Positions 17,823 to 27,434 of a stretch of 53,273 nt of DNA are shown here, piece after piece (position 1 is the first letter of the stretch; each line of letters starts with the position of its first letter). Under the pieces are notes generated by a model. The model was not told the DNA's origin. It saw nothing but the letters and a program-made list of their open reading frames with translations, and searched no databases. Position numbers and translations under genes: made by a program. This stretch comes from a virus (taxonomy: Duplodnaviria > Caudoviricetes), in the IMG/VR virus record IMGVR_UViG_3300042923_000379, positions 1-53,273 of that record; one strand, 5' to 3'.

Positions 17823-18197
17823 CTATCCTCCTATAACCTTAATTCCTTGCTTCTCAGCAATCTTTATTATTTCTCCAACGCTGAGCACATCTTCAATGTT
17901 TTCTAGTGCCCAATTTTTTAATTCTGTTTTAGTCATTTCATTTTTGCCAAGCTGAGTTAATTTAGTTACACATAATCTTTTTGCATATTTAGTTCTGTCT
18001 TTCTTGTAATCTAATTTAACTTTAGCTTTCTTCCAAAGAGGTTTATCTATAAACTCACATTGTTCTATATAGTTTCTAACAGTGTTGTAATTATAGTGAA
18101 CAGTTCTTGAATAAGCTGTTAAACTTAAATCTGTGTCGATAAAACCTTGTGTTATTTCTTTTATTGTTTCATTGCTTATTTTAGTTATATGAATCAC
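17823..18197 (-). CDS. hypothetical protein
   Basis: operon context. Confidence 0.55.
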   Translation of the reverse strand: MIHITKISNETIKEITQGFIDTDLSLTAYSRTVHYNYNTVRNYIEQCEFIDKPLWKKAKVKLDYKKDRTKYAKRLCVTKLTQLGKNEMTKTELKNWALENIEDVLSVGEIIKIAEKQGIKVIGG

Positions 18198-18220
18198 CTC
18201 CTAATACCAATTTAAATTAA

Positions 18221-18412
18221 TCACTTTCTCATGCTTGGTACTATTGCCTGAAGGTAATTTATAACCGCTTCTTTAACATCATCAGATTTCATATTTTCTA
18301 TATCTTCAATGGTTATTAAACTATTTATCTTTTGGATATGACTTTCTATTGTTAGCGGAATATTATTATCTTGCCTTGTTAATTTTAAAGCTGCATAAAG
18401 CTTTTCCCACAT
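18221..18412 (-). CDS. hypothetical protein
   Basis: GGAGG RBS at the end of dnaB. Confidence 0.55.
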   Translation of the reverse strand: MWEKLYAALKLTRQDNNIPLTIESHIQKINSLITIEDIENMKSDDVKEAVINYLQAIVPSMRK

Positions 18413-18413
18413 A

Positions 18414-19745
18414 TCAAAACACCTCCGTTATTTTTTGAGTATCTGCATCCCATTTCATTGAATATCTTGCCGCATTAGCATATCTTGCTTTTAATAATAA
18501 AACTTCTATCCTATCAGGGTTTTCATCTGGATTTTTGGAACTGCAGTTTAACTTTCCACTTCTTGATAATTCATCTCTGACAAATTTATCTTCAAGCTTT
18601 CTGTTTCTATAAAGTCCTATTACTAAATCACTATCTTCAGCTATTGATCCAGATTCTTTTAAATCTGCTAATTCTGGTCTTTTATCTTGTCTTTGTTCTA
18701 CAGTTCTTATAATTTGAGCTGTAATGACTATAGGTATTTTTAATTCTAATGCCAGTAGTTTTAATCTCCTGGTTAAATAACCTATAAACTCTGATCTGTT
18801 ATTAGTTTTGTATTCTTTACTTGTAACCCTGTTTATAAGGTCAACGTATGCTATATCTATATTGGTTTTAAGCTTGTCTTTTCTTATTTGGCTACAAATA
18901 TACTCGATATTAGATTTCGCTTCGTATATGTCGAATTTCTTTGTGCTTAAGAAATTTAAAGCATTTATTATACGTTCTTTTTCAAGTTCAGAAAGATTTT
19001 TAGTTCTTATTGCTTTAAATTGCAATGAACACATATTCGCCATAAACTTATTTATTATCTCTTCCTTGGGAACTTCTAAAGTGAAAAACGAAACTTTATA
19101 TCCATTTCTGATTTGATTTAATGTTGTGTTCATAGCTAAAGTTGTTTTTCCTATTCCACTTGCAGCGGCTATAGTAATAAGTTCTCCTTTGTTAAATCCT
19201 CTCGTTTGTTCATCTAGCTTTTTATACCCTGTTAAAACTCCAACCTCAACATTAGGATCATAAATCTTTTGCAAATAATCCGCTAAATAATCTATCATAT
19301 CTTGTTCTACTTTTTCATCTTGATATATTTCATTTAACTTAGTTAGCATTTTATCTTTTATTTCATCAGCATTATTAGTAAAGTCTATTTCTTTATAAAT
19401 CAAATCTTTAAGTTGCCTTTTGTAATAATAATCCTGCAATAAATTTAGATGTGTTTTAAAATTTGAATTTGTGGTTATACTATTAGTTAAATCAGCTACA
19501 TAAGTTACAGTGAGGTTTTTAGGTTTATTTTTAGATATATAAGTGGCTAGTGAAACCATATCTATATTAGTTTGTTTATTCCTAAAATCTTTGAATATCT
19601 TAAATAGTTCTTGGTGTCTTGTTTCATAGAAAGTATCTAAGGGGAATTCTATAAATCCATCTAGTAAGTTATTATCATGCATAACTCCCCCTAGAATATT
19701 TCTTTCTAAATCTGAATTGAATAAAGTATCTGGAGTTACATTCAT
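18414..19745 (-). CDS. dnaB: replicative DNA helicase, DnaB family
   Basis: GELITIAAASGIGKTT Walker A; DKRPELADLKESGSIAEDSDLVIGLYR. Confidence 0.95.
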   Translation of the reverse strand: MNVTPDTLFNSDLERNILGGVMHDNNLLDGFIEFPLDTFYETRHQELFKIFKDFRNKQTNIDMVSLATYISKNKPKNLTVTYVADLTNSITTNSNFKTHLNLLQDYYYKRQLKDLIYKEIDFTNNADEIKDKMLTKLNEIYQDEKVEQDMIDYLADYLQKIYDPNVEVGVLTGYKKLDEQTRGFNKGELITIAAASGIGKTTLAMNTTLNQIRNGYKVSFFTLEVPKEEIINKFMANMCSLQFKAIRTKNLSELEKERIINALNFLSTKKFDIYEAKSNIEYICSQIRKDKLKTNIDIAYVDLINRVTSKEYKTNNRSEFIGYLTRRLKLLALELKIPIVITAQIIRTVEQRQDKRPELADLKESGSIAEDSDLVIGLYRNRKLEDKFVRDELSRSGKLNCSSKNPDENPDRIEVLLLKARYANAARYSMKWDADTQKITEVF

Positions 19746-19755
19746 TTAATCACCT

Positions 19756-20442
19756 CTAGTCATAGATATAATTATTGGTATTAGAGTTTAATCCTTCTTT
19801 CTTTACTCTTTCTACTACCCAATTTAATATTGTTCTATAGTCACTTTTATATTTCTTACCACTAGAACCTTTATAGTTATCTAATATTTCAATCATTCTT
19901 TTTGTCATAGGTTCTCCATATTGTTCTATTAACTTTTCATATTCTTTAGTAGTCATAGATACATAATCAGCATATTTATTCTTTTCAACTTCTTCTTTTT
20001 TCATCTTATTATTAACCTTATCTAATCTAATCTTATCTAATCTTATCTGTGCTTCCGAAATGGAATCATTTTGCGTACATTCTGTGTCCATTTTTTCGAC
20101 ATCTGATATTTCATAGGTTCCTTTATTCTCAATTAGTTGTTTTTTTTCATGCATATAAAGCGTTTCATTGTATCTATCTTTTTGAATGTAATTGTGAACT
20201 CTCCAATGTTTTATAACGCATACTCCATTTTCAAAAGGTATAATAAATTGTTTGGCTATCAATAACTTCATATCATCATCAGAACAACCTATCATCCTTT
20301 GTATTTTCTTGGGAGAGCCAACAAATCCATCATCATCAGCTCTCATATTTAGGTCATAATAAAGAAGTCTTGCAGTAATGGGCATATCTAAAAATAAATC
20401 TGTATCTACTATTTTCATTGAAAACATTCTTTTTTGAGCCAT
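19756..20442 (-). CDS. phage replication initiator / replisome organizer
   Basis: MAQKRMFSMKIVDTDLFLDMP..RADDDGF; YKSDYRTILNW; internal TCTAA/TCTTA tandem repeats at about 20021-20048 (possible ori). Confidence 0.85.
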   Translation of the reverse strand: MAQKRMFSMKIVDTDLFLDMPITARLLYYDLNMRADDDGFVGSPKKIQRMIGCSDDDMKLLIAKQFIIPFENGVCVIKHWRVHNYIQKDRYNETLYMHEKKQLIENKGTYEISDVEKMDTECTQNDSISEAQIRLDKIRLDKVNNKMKKEEVEKNKYADYVSMTTKEYEKLIEQYGEPMTKRMIEILDNYKGSSGKKYKSDYRTILNWVVERVKKEGLNSNTNNYIYD

Positions 20443-20446
20443 TCAA

Positions 20447-20764
20447 TCATCTCCTGTACTTTTCATCTAAAAATCTTTGATGCCAATCACTCTTCTCACT
20501 TCTTATTTCCTCGATTGTATCTAGTAGTTTAGAGTTTTCTTCTTTTAGTTTTTCATTCTCTATTTCAAGTTCTTTAGGGATAGGAAGATTTAATTTTCTG
20601 CATCTTTCATTAAATGTCTCTACATGCATTTCGTCAGTTATTTCATATTCAAGTGTATTATCATTTTGAGTATCTGAAATTCTTATAAGATTGAATGTGA
20701 AACCTCCTAATTGTCTTAAATTTACTTCTGTTTCATTAGCTCCATTTAGGTTTAAATATCCCAT
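20447..20764 (-). CDS. hypothetical coiled-coil protein
   Basis: GGAGG RBS. Confidence 0.55.
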   Translation of the reverse strand: MGYLNLNGANETEVNLRQLGGFTFNLIRISDTQNDNTLEYEITDEMHVETFNERCRKLNLPIPKELEIENEKLKEENSKLLDTIEEIRSEKSDWHQRFLDEKYRR

Positions 20765-21415
20765 TTATTTACCTCCTTTTTGGCATTTAAAGCATAGAGG
20801 TTTTCCAAAGTTAGATTTTGAGTAGTTATATATTTTTTCTGTTATATCATCATCACATGCACTACATTTCATTATCTGATTGTTATTAGCCATTGTGCGA
20901 GGTTCTGTAGATGTATTTGGTGTATTTGCATTGCTTGTTGCCAATTGTCCTGTACGTGACTGAGAAGTGCTTTTATTTCCTGCTCTATCATATTTAGTAG
21001 AATCTTTGTCCCAATAAACATCTGCCCCAAATCCTAGAGCTTTACAACTAACTGATATAGCATCTGTAAGGGCCATCTTAAAACATTCATCACTTACATA
21101 TGGTCCGTTCTTTTCATTAGCTACAAAAGAACTTCCTCCTGTTCCTGGTATTGCTTCAGACCACGCTCCATCACTTTTAACAAAAAGGTCTATATTCACA
21201 AAAGCTGCTATTTCATCTTTTCCGCCATGTTCAATCCATTGCTTGGTTATTACATATTTCCAACCTATCCCGCATACTCCAAATATCTCAGTTAGTTTTT
21301 TTATTCTCCACATAGGGTTGATATCTGTTTTCCCTTTTAATCTCCCTGCTTGAATATCTTTTTTTGCTTCTTTTGGTACTTCTCTAACTTGATCATATAT
21401 CTTTAAATTTTCCAT
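20765..21415 (-). CDS. Rad52/Sak-like single-strand annealing protein with C-terminal zinc finger
   Basis: DINPMWRIKKLTEIFGVCGIGW...FKMALTDAISVSCKALGFGADVY; CSAC..CFKCQ. Confidence 0.8.
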   Translation of the reverse strand: MENLKIYDQVREVPKEAKKDIQAGRLKGKTDINPMWRIKKLTEIFGVCGIGWKYVITKQWIEHGGKDEIAAFVNIDLFVKSDGAWSEAIPGTGGSSFVANEKNGPYVSDECFKMALTDAISVSCKALGFGADVYWDKDSTKYDRAGNKSTSQSRTGQLATSNANTPNTSTEPRTMANNNQIMKCSACDDDITEKIYNYSKSNFGKPLCFKCQKGGK

Positions 21416-21424
21416 ATTTTCCTC

Positions 21425-22057
21425 CTAATCCATTCCATCATATAAACTTTTGCTTATGCTATCAGTTTCATTATCTGTTTTTCTTATACAATCAATTAAT
21501 CTAGCTTTACTTTCTCTGCATAGTGAATATCCATAACCCTTATATCTTAATGACCTCTCAAATGTGCTTATAGGGAATTTTAATTCATCCTCTATTACCA
21601 ATCTTTTAAAGAAAAGATGTTCAAAGAAATCTTTATGATGAATTACTTTTTCTTCTATGTGAGAATTTTCTCCAAATTCATCATCTTCGTCTTTAACTTC
21701 TTCCTTGTAATAAGCAAATTTAGTTATAGTAAAATCAAAACTATTTATTATTTTCTCTGGAGTTCCAAAGATTGTTCTTATCAGCTCAACACACACTCCA
21801 GTTTTAGTATTTTTATAAGACACAACCTTGGGATTTTCATAATGATCCATATAATCCTCATTGTCTCTAAAGCAATTCCTAGCTTCATTGAAATCAAGTT
21901 CAGAATTGAAAAATAAATCAACATCTTTTACTTTTTCATCACTGAATATATTCTTAAAACAACCTCCTGCTGCAAATCCTTTATGTCCTACTAAATACTT
22001 ATCTAAAATCCTAATTTTGCTTAAATTTTCAATATCTCTTATAATAAACTTATCCAT
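21425..22057 (-). CDS. nucleotidyltransferase, CCA/poly(A) polymerase head-like
   Basis: AAGGCFKNIF..KDVDLFF (GG + DxD) and SFDFTI. Confidence 0.7.
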   Translation of the reverse strand: MDKFIIRDIENLSKIRILDKYLVGHKGFAAGGCFKNIFSDEKVKDVDLFFNSELDFNEARNCFRDNEDYMDHYENPKVVSYKNTKTGVCVELIRTIFGTPEKIINSFDFTITKFAYYKEEVKDEDDEFGENSHIEEKVIHHKDFFEHLFFKRLVIEDELKFPISTFERSLRYKGYGYSLCRESKARLIDCIRKTDNETDSISKSLYDGMD

Positions 22058-22058
22058 A

Positions 22059-22637
22059 TTATTCTCCCTTCTCTATAACTCTACTTGCCCACATATCAGC
22101 AAAATGGAGTAACATTTGAAGTGGTCTTTCTTTACCACTAAGTTGATATTTTAAATCCCCATATAATCCGTTATGATGAAGTATTGCAAAGTTTTCTTCC
22201 TCAGTAAGTTCAATAAATTGTGATGCTATCTGAATACTTCTAATCTCATGAGGTATTGGTAATAAGTCTTTATTAGTTTCATAAGGTTTCTTTTCAGACT
22301 GTATAAAGCCACCTTTTCTATCTGATATCATGTTAGGAACATAGTTAGGTTTTCCAAATTGTCCTATTTTCCCTAAGTCATGAAGGAGAGAAACTATTAT
22401 TATTGAATTTGAATCTATACCAGTATCTAAAGTATTGTTTAGCGTTAGGGCTGTACTACATACATTTAAACTGTGTTCTAATAGTCCCCCTTCTTTGCAT
22501 AAGTGATATTGCCCTGAGCATGGAGCTTCAAAGAAACCATGTTCTTCTATATAATCAATAAGATCATCTACGCTTTCTCTTTCAGTGCATTTTAATAAGC
22601 CTATAAAGTTATCTTTGTATTTTATTTCCATAATCAT
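22059..22637 (-). CDS. HD-domain hydrolase (YhaM-like)
   Basis: APCSGQYH..GGLLEHS..LLHDLGK..ILHHNG..LHFAD. Confidence 0.9.
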   Translation of the reverse strand: MIMEIKYKDNFIGLLKCTERESVDDLIDYIEEHGFFEAPCSGQYHLCKEGGLLEHSLNVCSTALTLNNTLDTGIDSNSIIIVSLLHDLGKIGQFGKPNYVPNMISDRKGGFIQSEKKPYETNKDLLPIPHEIRSIQIASQFIELTEEENFAILHHNGLYGDLKYQLSGKERPLQMLLHFADMWASRVIEKGE

Positions 22638-22797
22638 TCCTCCAATTTCTTTCTAATCTCTAATGGTTCTATCTCTATATTTAATCCATTATCTTCTCTG
22701 TATATCTGTCCATCTTGAATGTTGTATTTATAGTCTTTTTCTGTTATATTTAACTTGGATTTTAATTTTTGGCTGCTTAGGCAGTCTTTTTTATTGC

Positions 22798-23064
22798 TCA
22801 TAACTTCCCACCTTGTATCCTGCTATGCATATTGTAAGTTGCAAGTCCTAACATCTTCTTTTTTCTAAGTTCAGAAACTTTTTGTTGTATTGCTTTGATT
22901 GTTCTTTCAAGTGCAAAACTCATTTCTTCTGGACCGATAATATCGTACCAATTTATAAGATAATCTATATCATCTTTTGACCATGTTTTCCCATCATTAG
23001 CGTGAAACTCTGGATTATATTTCATCCTCCCATAGCAATCGTATTCTATTTCCTGAGTTTCCAA
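22798..23064 (-). CDS. small phage HTH-like protein
   Basis: GRMKYNPEFH..WSKDDIDYL..MSFALERT. Confidence 0.65.
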   Translation of the reverse strand: METQEIEYDCYGRMKYNPEFHANDGKTWSKDDIDYLINWYDIIGPEEMSFALERTIKAIQQKVSELRKKKMLGLATYNMHSRIQGGKL

Positions 23065-23070
23065 TTTCCT

Positions 23071-23352
23071 TTAAGCCTCCTTCTTTTCTTCCTCATATTT
23101 ATTCCCGCAGAATGGACAATAAGTGTAATTCATATTTGACTTTTCTTTCTTGTGCTTAAGCTCACCTTTTTTATTTAAAGCATCATACTCTATAGTCATT
23201 GGTGAATAAAGTCTTTTTCCAGAACCATCAAAGAACCATGCTACATTTGAAAAGTCTACATCTGTTATATTTCTATCCTTCCATTCTTCATTTTTAGTAG
23301 ATAGATTGTTTTTCACATAATCTATGGTTTCATTTATACAGTTACAAGCCAT
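23071..23352 (-). CDS. zinc-ribbon hypothetical protein
   Basis: CNC...YCPFCG. Confidence 0.65.
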   Translation of the reverse strand: MACNCINETIDYVKNNLSTKNEEWKDRNITDVDFSNVAWFFDGSGKRLYSPMTIEYDALNKKGELKHKKEKSNMNYTYCPFCGNKYEEEKKEA

Positions 23353-23634
23353 TAATTTACCTCCCTTAATTTACTGTTAATTGATACATAGCATAGAATA
23401 AAAGTAATATTGCTATAAGACTTATAAAGTAATCGAATTTAGTTATTTTATACTTCATAACTACTCCTCATTTGTAAACTTTTCAGATAGTTCGAAAAAC
23501 TCTTTCTTGCTGATTTCTCTAACTTCACATTTCATATAATTTGAAACATATTCATTGGTTGGGATAAATCCTTTTTTAAAATTCAATTGACACACCATTC
23601 TTTGTCCAATAAGTTCGTAATATCTAATCATTTT

Positions 23635-24072
23635 TTACTCCTCCAAATACCATTCTCCATATTTTAAGATTTCTGCAATCTGTTCTGAATTGAATAAGAC
23701 ACCAAATAACTCTAAAAGATTGCTTAAGAACACATAACCATCATTAAAAATACAGTTTCGTATAATTTCTATATGAACTGGTAAACGATTTTGAGTTAAG
23801 AATCTTTCACTTTTGAGATAGGGATGAATAACTTTTACAGGTTTTGTACATAGTTTTTCATCAGATATATCAAGGAAATTTTTGGATTGTTGTTGTAGTA
23901 TCCATTTGCTCTCTATAACTGAAAGTACCAATGGATAATCTATGCCTAACTTTTCATAAATTAATATTCCTTCTTTATCCACAAGAGCTATTCCACCAGT
24001 TTCGTCTTGAAATTCTAGTTTAGGATTATTTTGAAGCAATTTAACAACTTCTGAATCTGTGTATTCTCTCAA
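23635..24072 (-). CDS. hypothetical protein
   Basis: GGAGG RBS, TTG start overlapping the previous stop. Confidence 0.55.
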   Translation of the reverse strand: MREYTDSEVVKLLQNNPKLEFQDETGGIALVDKEGILIYEKLGIDYPLVLSVIESKWILQQQSKNFLDISDEKLCTKPVKVIHPYLKSERFLTQNRLPVHIEIIRNCIFNDGYVFLSNLLELFGVLFNSEQIAEILKYGEWYLEE

Positions 24073-24302
24073 TTTAAAACCTCCTTAGTGATTAAACATT
24101 CACATTTCTTTTTATTAAGTCCACATCTTGGGCACTGTTCTTTCATAGCCTTATTAACTAGCCTGTCTAACTCTGAATTTATCTCAATAGTGTTTATATG
24201 CTGCCTACCATAATCGTCAATGCTTTTATAAAGTTTTTCTCTTGTTATCTCTATTTCAGTATTAATATCCATGATCTTCTCCTTAATCTTCAATGAAGCC
24301 AT
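24069..24302 (-). CDS. Spo0E-like aspartyl-phosphate phosphatase domain protein
   Basis: EIEITREKLYKSI...TIEINSELDRLVNKAM resembles the Spo0E SQELD two-helix signature. Confidence 0.65.
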   Translation of the reverse strand: MASLKIKEKIMDINTEIEITREKLYKSIDDYGRQHINTIEINSELDRLVNKAMKEQCPRCGLNKKKCECLITKEVLN

Positions 24303-24741
24303 TTTTCTTTAATTGCTGATTTTCACATTCTAAGTTTTTAATTTTATTCTCTAGACTTTGTATATAACAAATTAATCCTGCTACATAAGCCTTAACATCA
24401 TCTAAACTTTTGATATTTCTTTTTAAAACTTCTAATCTATCACTCATAATCTACCTCTTAATTTCTTCATGAAATTCTTTAACTGATTTTTTAGCACATT
24501 CTATTTCATTGCATCCTGGAACATAGTTTTTAATTGTTATTTGCATTAATCTATAAGCTTCTTGGTTTGTTAAATTTCCTATCATTGTTCTTCACTCCTT
24601 AAATATTCTTCTATTGCTTTTTTTAGAGAAAAATAGTCTTTATGAATTAACATCATTCCACAAATAATACTATCTGCATTATCGTGTCCTTCTTTCTTTG
24701 CTAACTTTTTTATTAATCCTACTAAATTTGCTTGTTTCATA

Positions 24742-25068
24742 TTAACACCTCATTACTCTTGTTTTTCTATCGCAACTTTGTATTACCTTAATCCCTATTC
24801 CTTTAACATCTTTCTTTGATTCAACATCATCTATTTTTATAGCTCCAATACCATCAAATTCTGTTACATCATCTTGGAATTGTTCAGCTATATATTTAGC
24901 TAGTTCTGGTAGATTTTCTTTACCTTCAATGTTTAAGTTAGCTTGTATTTTGTTAAGATTTTTTAATGTGGTTGGGTTTATATCGAATGTAATCTCGATA
25001 AGATCTTGCCTTGTTACTTTGCAGCTGAAAGTTACTTTTTCTTGTTTTAACTCAGTTATTTCACACAT
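24742..25068 (-). CDS. hypothetical protein
   Basis: GGTGAGG RBS. Confidence 0.55.
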   Translation of the reverse strand: MCEITELKQEKVTFSCKVTRQDLIEITFDINPTTLKNLNKIQANLNIEGKENLPELAKYIAEQFQDDVTEFDGIGAIKIDDVESKKDVKGIGIKVIQSCDRKTRVMRC

Positions 25069-25163
25069 TTATCCTCACCTTCTATAATTGATTCTAAATA
25101 AGCTTTTAACCCTTTAATTTTCCCTTTGTAGCTGTATACTCCTACTTTCATTGTTTAATCCTC

Positions 25164-25538
25164 CTAAATCTCTAATTTGTCTAGTAAATCAGTTTTTATA
25201 TATCTGCTGAAATTCTTATCTATATATGCCTCTAAGCACTTCTTAACTCTTAAAAATTGTTTTTTCTTCATTTTAGAAGCTGTAAAAATATACCCTTCAA
25301 GTCTATCTCTTTGACAAATTTCACTTTTGAAATGATAACAATTAGGTATTGACAGTGATGGATTAAGTTTGTAGGGATCTTTTTTTATACTAATTCTTGA
25401 AAAATCTTCATCATCTATACAAAAGACTTTTTCATTTAATCCTATTATTTTACTTGTCATGACTTTTTTAGTGGCTTCATTTTCAATAAAATCAAGTTTG
25501 ATTCTATATTCATAAATCTCTTGTCCTATTTCTAACAC
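25164..25538 (-). CDS. hypothetical protein
   Basis: GGAGG RBS, GTG start. Confidence 0.55.
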   Translation of the reverse strand: MLEIGQEIYEYRIKLDFIENEATKKVMTSKIIGLNEKVFCIDDEDFSRISIKKDPYKLNPSLSIPNCYHFKSEICQRDRLEGYIFTASKMKKKQFLRVKKCLEAYIDKNFSRYIKTDLLDKLEI

Positions 25539-25540
25539 GA

Positions 25541-25756
25541 TTAATCCTCCTTATCTTTCTTTGTATCTACTGATAGTTCTTTACTCCATAACTTTTTAGC
25601 ATCTTCTTCACCATTAAATATTGTTACTAAATCTTTAATCATATCTCTTTTACCAAGTTTATATTGTTCTTTTATAGAATCCTTAGCTGTAAATGCTTCA
25701 TTGTTATACTTCATATATAGGATACTGAAAAGTTCTATTTGCTTTGAATTAAACAT
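25541..25756 (-). CDS. hypothetical protein
   Basis: GGAGG RBS. Confidence 0.55.
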   Translation of the reverse strand: MFNSKQIELFSILYMKYNNEAFTAKDSIKEQYKLGKRDMIKDLVTIFNGEEDAKKLWSKELSVDTKKDKED

Positions 25757-25758
25757 CT

Positions 25759-25971
25759 TTAATCCTCCCTACCCTCAAATATCTCGTCAAAGTCTCCATC
25801 TAAAACCTCTATAAGTTTCTTTGCTGCATCTGCTCCTATAATTCCTCGTGATAAGGATTTGTTTAAGTACGGTCTGCTCTTGCCAATTTTCTTAGATAAA
25901 GCACTATGGGTATATCCATTCATGATTACTAGTAATTCAAAAGCTTTTGGGTCTTTATAGTAAATCCTCAT
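25759..25971 (-). CDS. XRE-type HTH protein
   Basis: NGYTHSALSKKIGKSRPYLNKSL..AKKLIEVL..FDEIFE. Confidence 0.75.
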   Translation of the reverse strand: MRIYYKDPKAFELLVIMNGYTHSALSKKIGKSRPYLNKSLSRGIIGADAAKKLIEVLDGDFDEIFEGRED

Positions 25972-26116
25972 AATCTTCCTCCTTCAACTTTCTATATATT
26001 TCTAACTTTTCATTTAATATTTCTTCTCTACGTTCATCTTTACTTGATACAAGTTCTATACTTAGTTTTTCATTTATTTTCATAAGTTCTTCTTTAGTCA
26101 TTGTTTTCTCAGCTCC

Positions 26117-26344
26117 TTATTTAAAATACTTAAATAAATCGAAAACGCCTTTTAAATCCACCTTAAACCCTCTAAGACCAAATGTAATTAGTAGCAATAG
26201 GATTAATCCTTTCTTTAATACATCTGCTAAATTCAAAGGCTTAGGCTCTTTTCCTTCTGAATTAATTCTTCTTATAGCTCGTCTTGTTGCACCTTGTATT
26301 TCATCTAAAGCAATGTTTGTAGTTCTTTCTATTTCATCATTCAT
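26117..26344 (-). CDS. small membrane protein
   Basis: C-terminal hydrophobic helix; start uncertain. Confidence 0.5.
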   Translation of the reverse strand: MNDEIERTTNIALDEIQGATRRAIRRINSEGKEPKPLNLADVLKKGLILLLLITFGLRGFKVDLKGVFDLFKYFK

Positions 26345-26588
26345 TAGATTCACTCTCTAAAATTGCTTCAAAACATGATTTAAAGGTTTCTTTTGTAACT
26401 TCAATCCACTGGAAAGTTTTCTCGTCAACTTCTCTTTCAAGTTTTATTTCTCCGCCAATCATTTTGTCTTCACCATCATCTAAATCCCATATAGTATCTT
26501 TTTCAACATCAAAATATTTATTTTCTATAGAAAAACCATTATCATCCACACAAAATACTGAAAAGCCTGATACGCACTTATATTTCAT
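26337..26588 (-). CDS. hypothetical protein
   Basis: GGAGGG RBS. Confidence 0.6.
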   Translation of the reverse strand: MKYKCVSGFSVFCVDDNGFSIENKYFDVEKDTIWDLDDGEDKMIGGEIKLEREVDEKTFQWIEVTKETFKSCFEAILESESNE

Positions 26589-26610
26589 CCTCTATCCCTC
26601 CATCACATTC

Positions 26611-27153
26611 TTATTTATTGTCTCCACATACGAATAATTTTGACTTGTCTATATCTGCAACTAAAGCTGTTTGTTCTTCTTTTTCTAGGTTTGATAAATC
26701 GAATCCTAAACCTTTTAAATACTCTGCTACTTTCTTTCCGTTTTCTAATCCTTCACAAACTACTCTGACTTTCTTGTAGTTATCTTTAACTTCTTTTATT
26801 TCCTTATCTCTTTCTGCATATATTAAACTTGTTGAGTTTTCAAAGTCGCAGTTACTTAGGATTAGTTCTACTGCTTTAACGCCTTCAAGTTTTCTTAACA
26901 TTCCTTCAACTGAGTTATTATATCCAACTGAATAACCTGTATTTTTATCTTCTTTCATTGGAATAACTAAATTTTGAACATCTGTAAATATTGAATTGAT
27001 TCGTTTTTGAATAGAATCTATTTTTGATTGATAAGGTTCAAGTGCTTTCTTTTCTGCTGCATCAATTAAAGGTTTGTATTTCAAAGTAACACTTCCAATC
27101 GCCTTATTTTCAACTAGTCCTAAAAACATTAATAAATCTTTTTTCTTAATCAT
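26611..27153 (-). CDS. hypothetical protein
   Basis: GGAGG RBS; 180 aa. Confidence 0.65.
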   Translation of the reverse strand: MIKKKDLLMFLGLVENKAIGSVTLKYKPLIDAAEKKALEPYQSKIDSIQKRINSIFTDVQNLVIPMKEDKNTGYSVGYNNSVEGMLRKLEGVKAVELILSNCDFENSTSLIYAERDKEIKEVKDNYKKVRVVCEGLENGKKVAEYLKGLGFDLSNLEKEEQTALVADIDKSKLFVCGDNK

Positions 27154-27209
27154 TGTTTATATCCTCCAAACATAATTATTGTTAAGTAAAATTTCTTTAG
27201 TAGGCTATA

Positions 27210-27362
27210 CTAGCCTTTTAATTCCTCCAGTGCTTGTTTAACTGTCTCTTGTCCAAATTTTTTTATTAATATCTCTGCAAAAACTTCTGAAGCTTTTCTG
27301 TTAAATCTTTCTCTTCCTTCTTCGCTTAGTTCTTTGACATTAACTTTAATTTCTCTTTTCAT
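27210..27362 (-). CDS. small hypothetical protein, 50 aa; not in the ORF track
   Basis: GGGGG RBS; MKREIKVNVKELSEEGRERFNRKASEVFAEILIKKFGQETVKQALEELKG. Confidence 0.6.
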   Translation of the reverse strand: MKREIKVNVKELSEEGRERFNRKASEVFAEILIKKFGQETVKQALEELKG

Positions 27363-27434
27363 AATATCCCCCGAAAAAATGTTGTTGTATTATATGAAAT
27401 TGAGTTAGATTTGGTTCTATTAAGTTTTCAAGGA

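Noticed and set aside
18929-20101. TGTCGAA/TTCGACA matches inside dnaB and the replication initiator
   Set aside because: They lie within coding sequence with no adjacent promoter and are probably chance matches.
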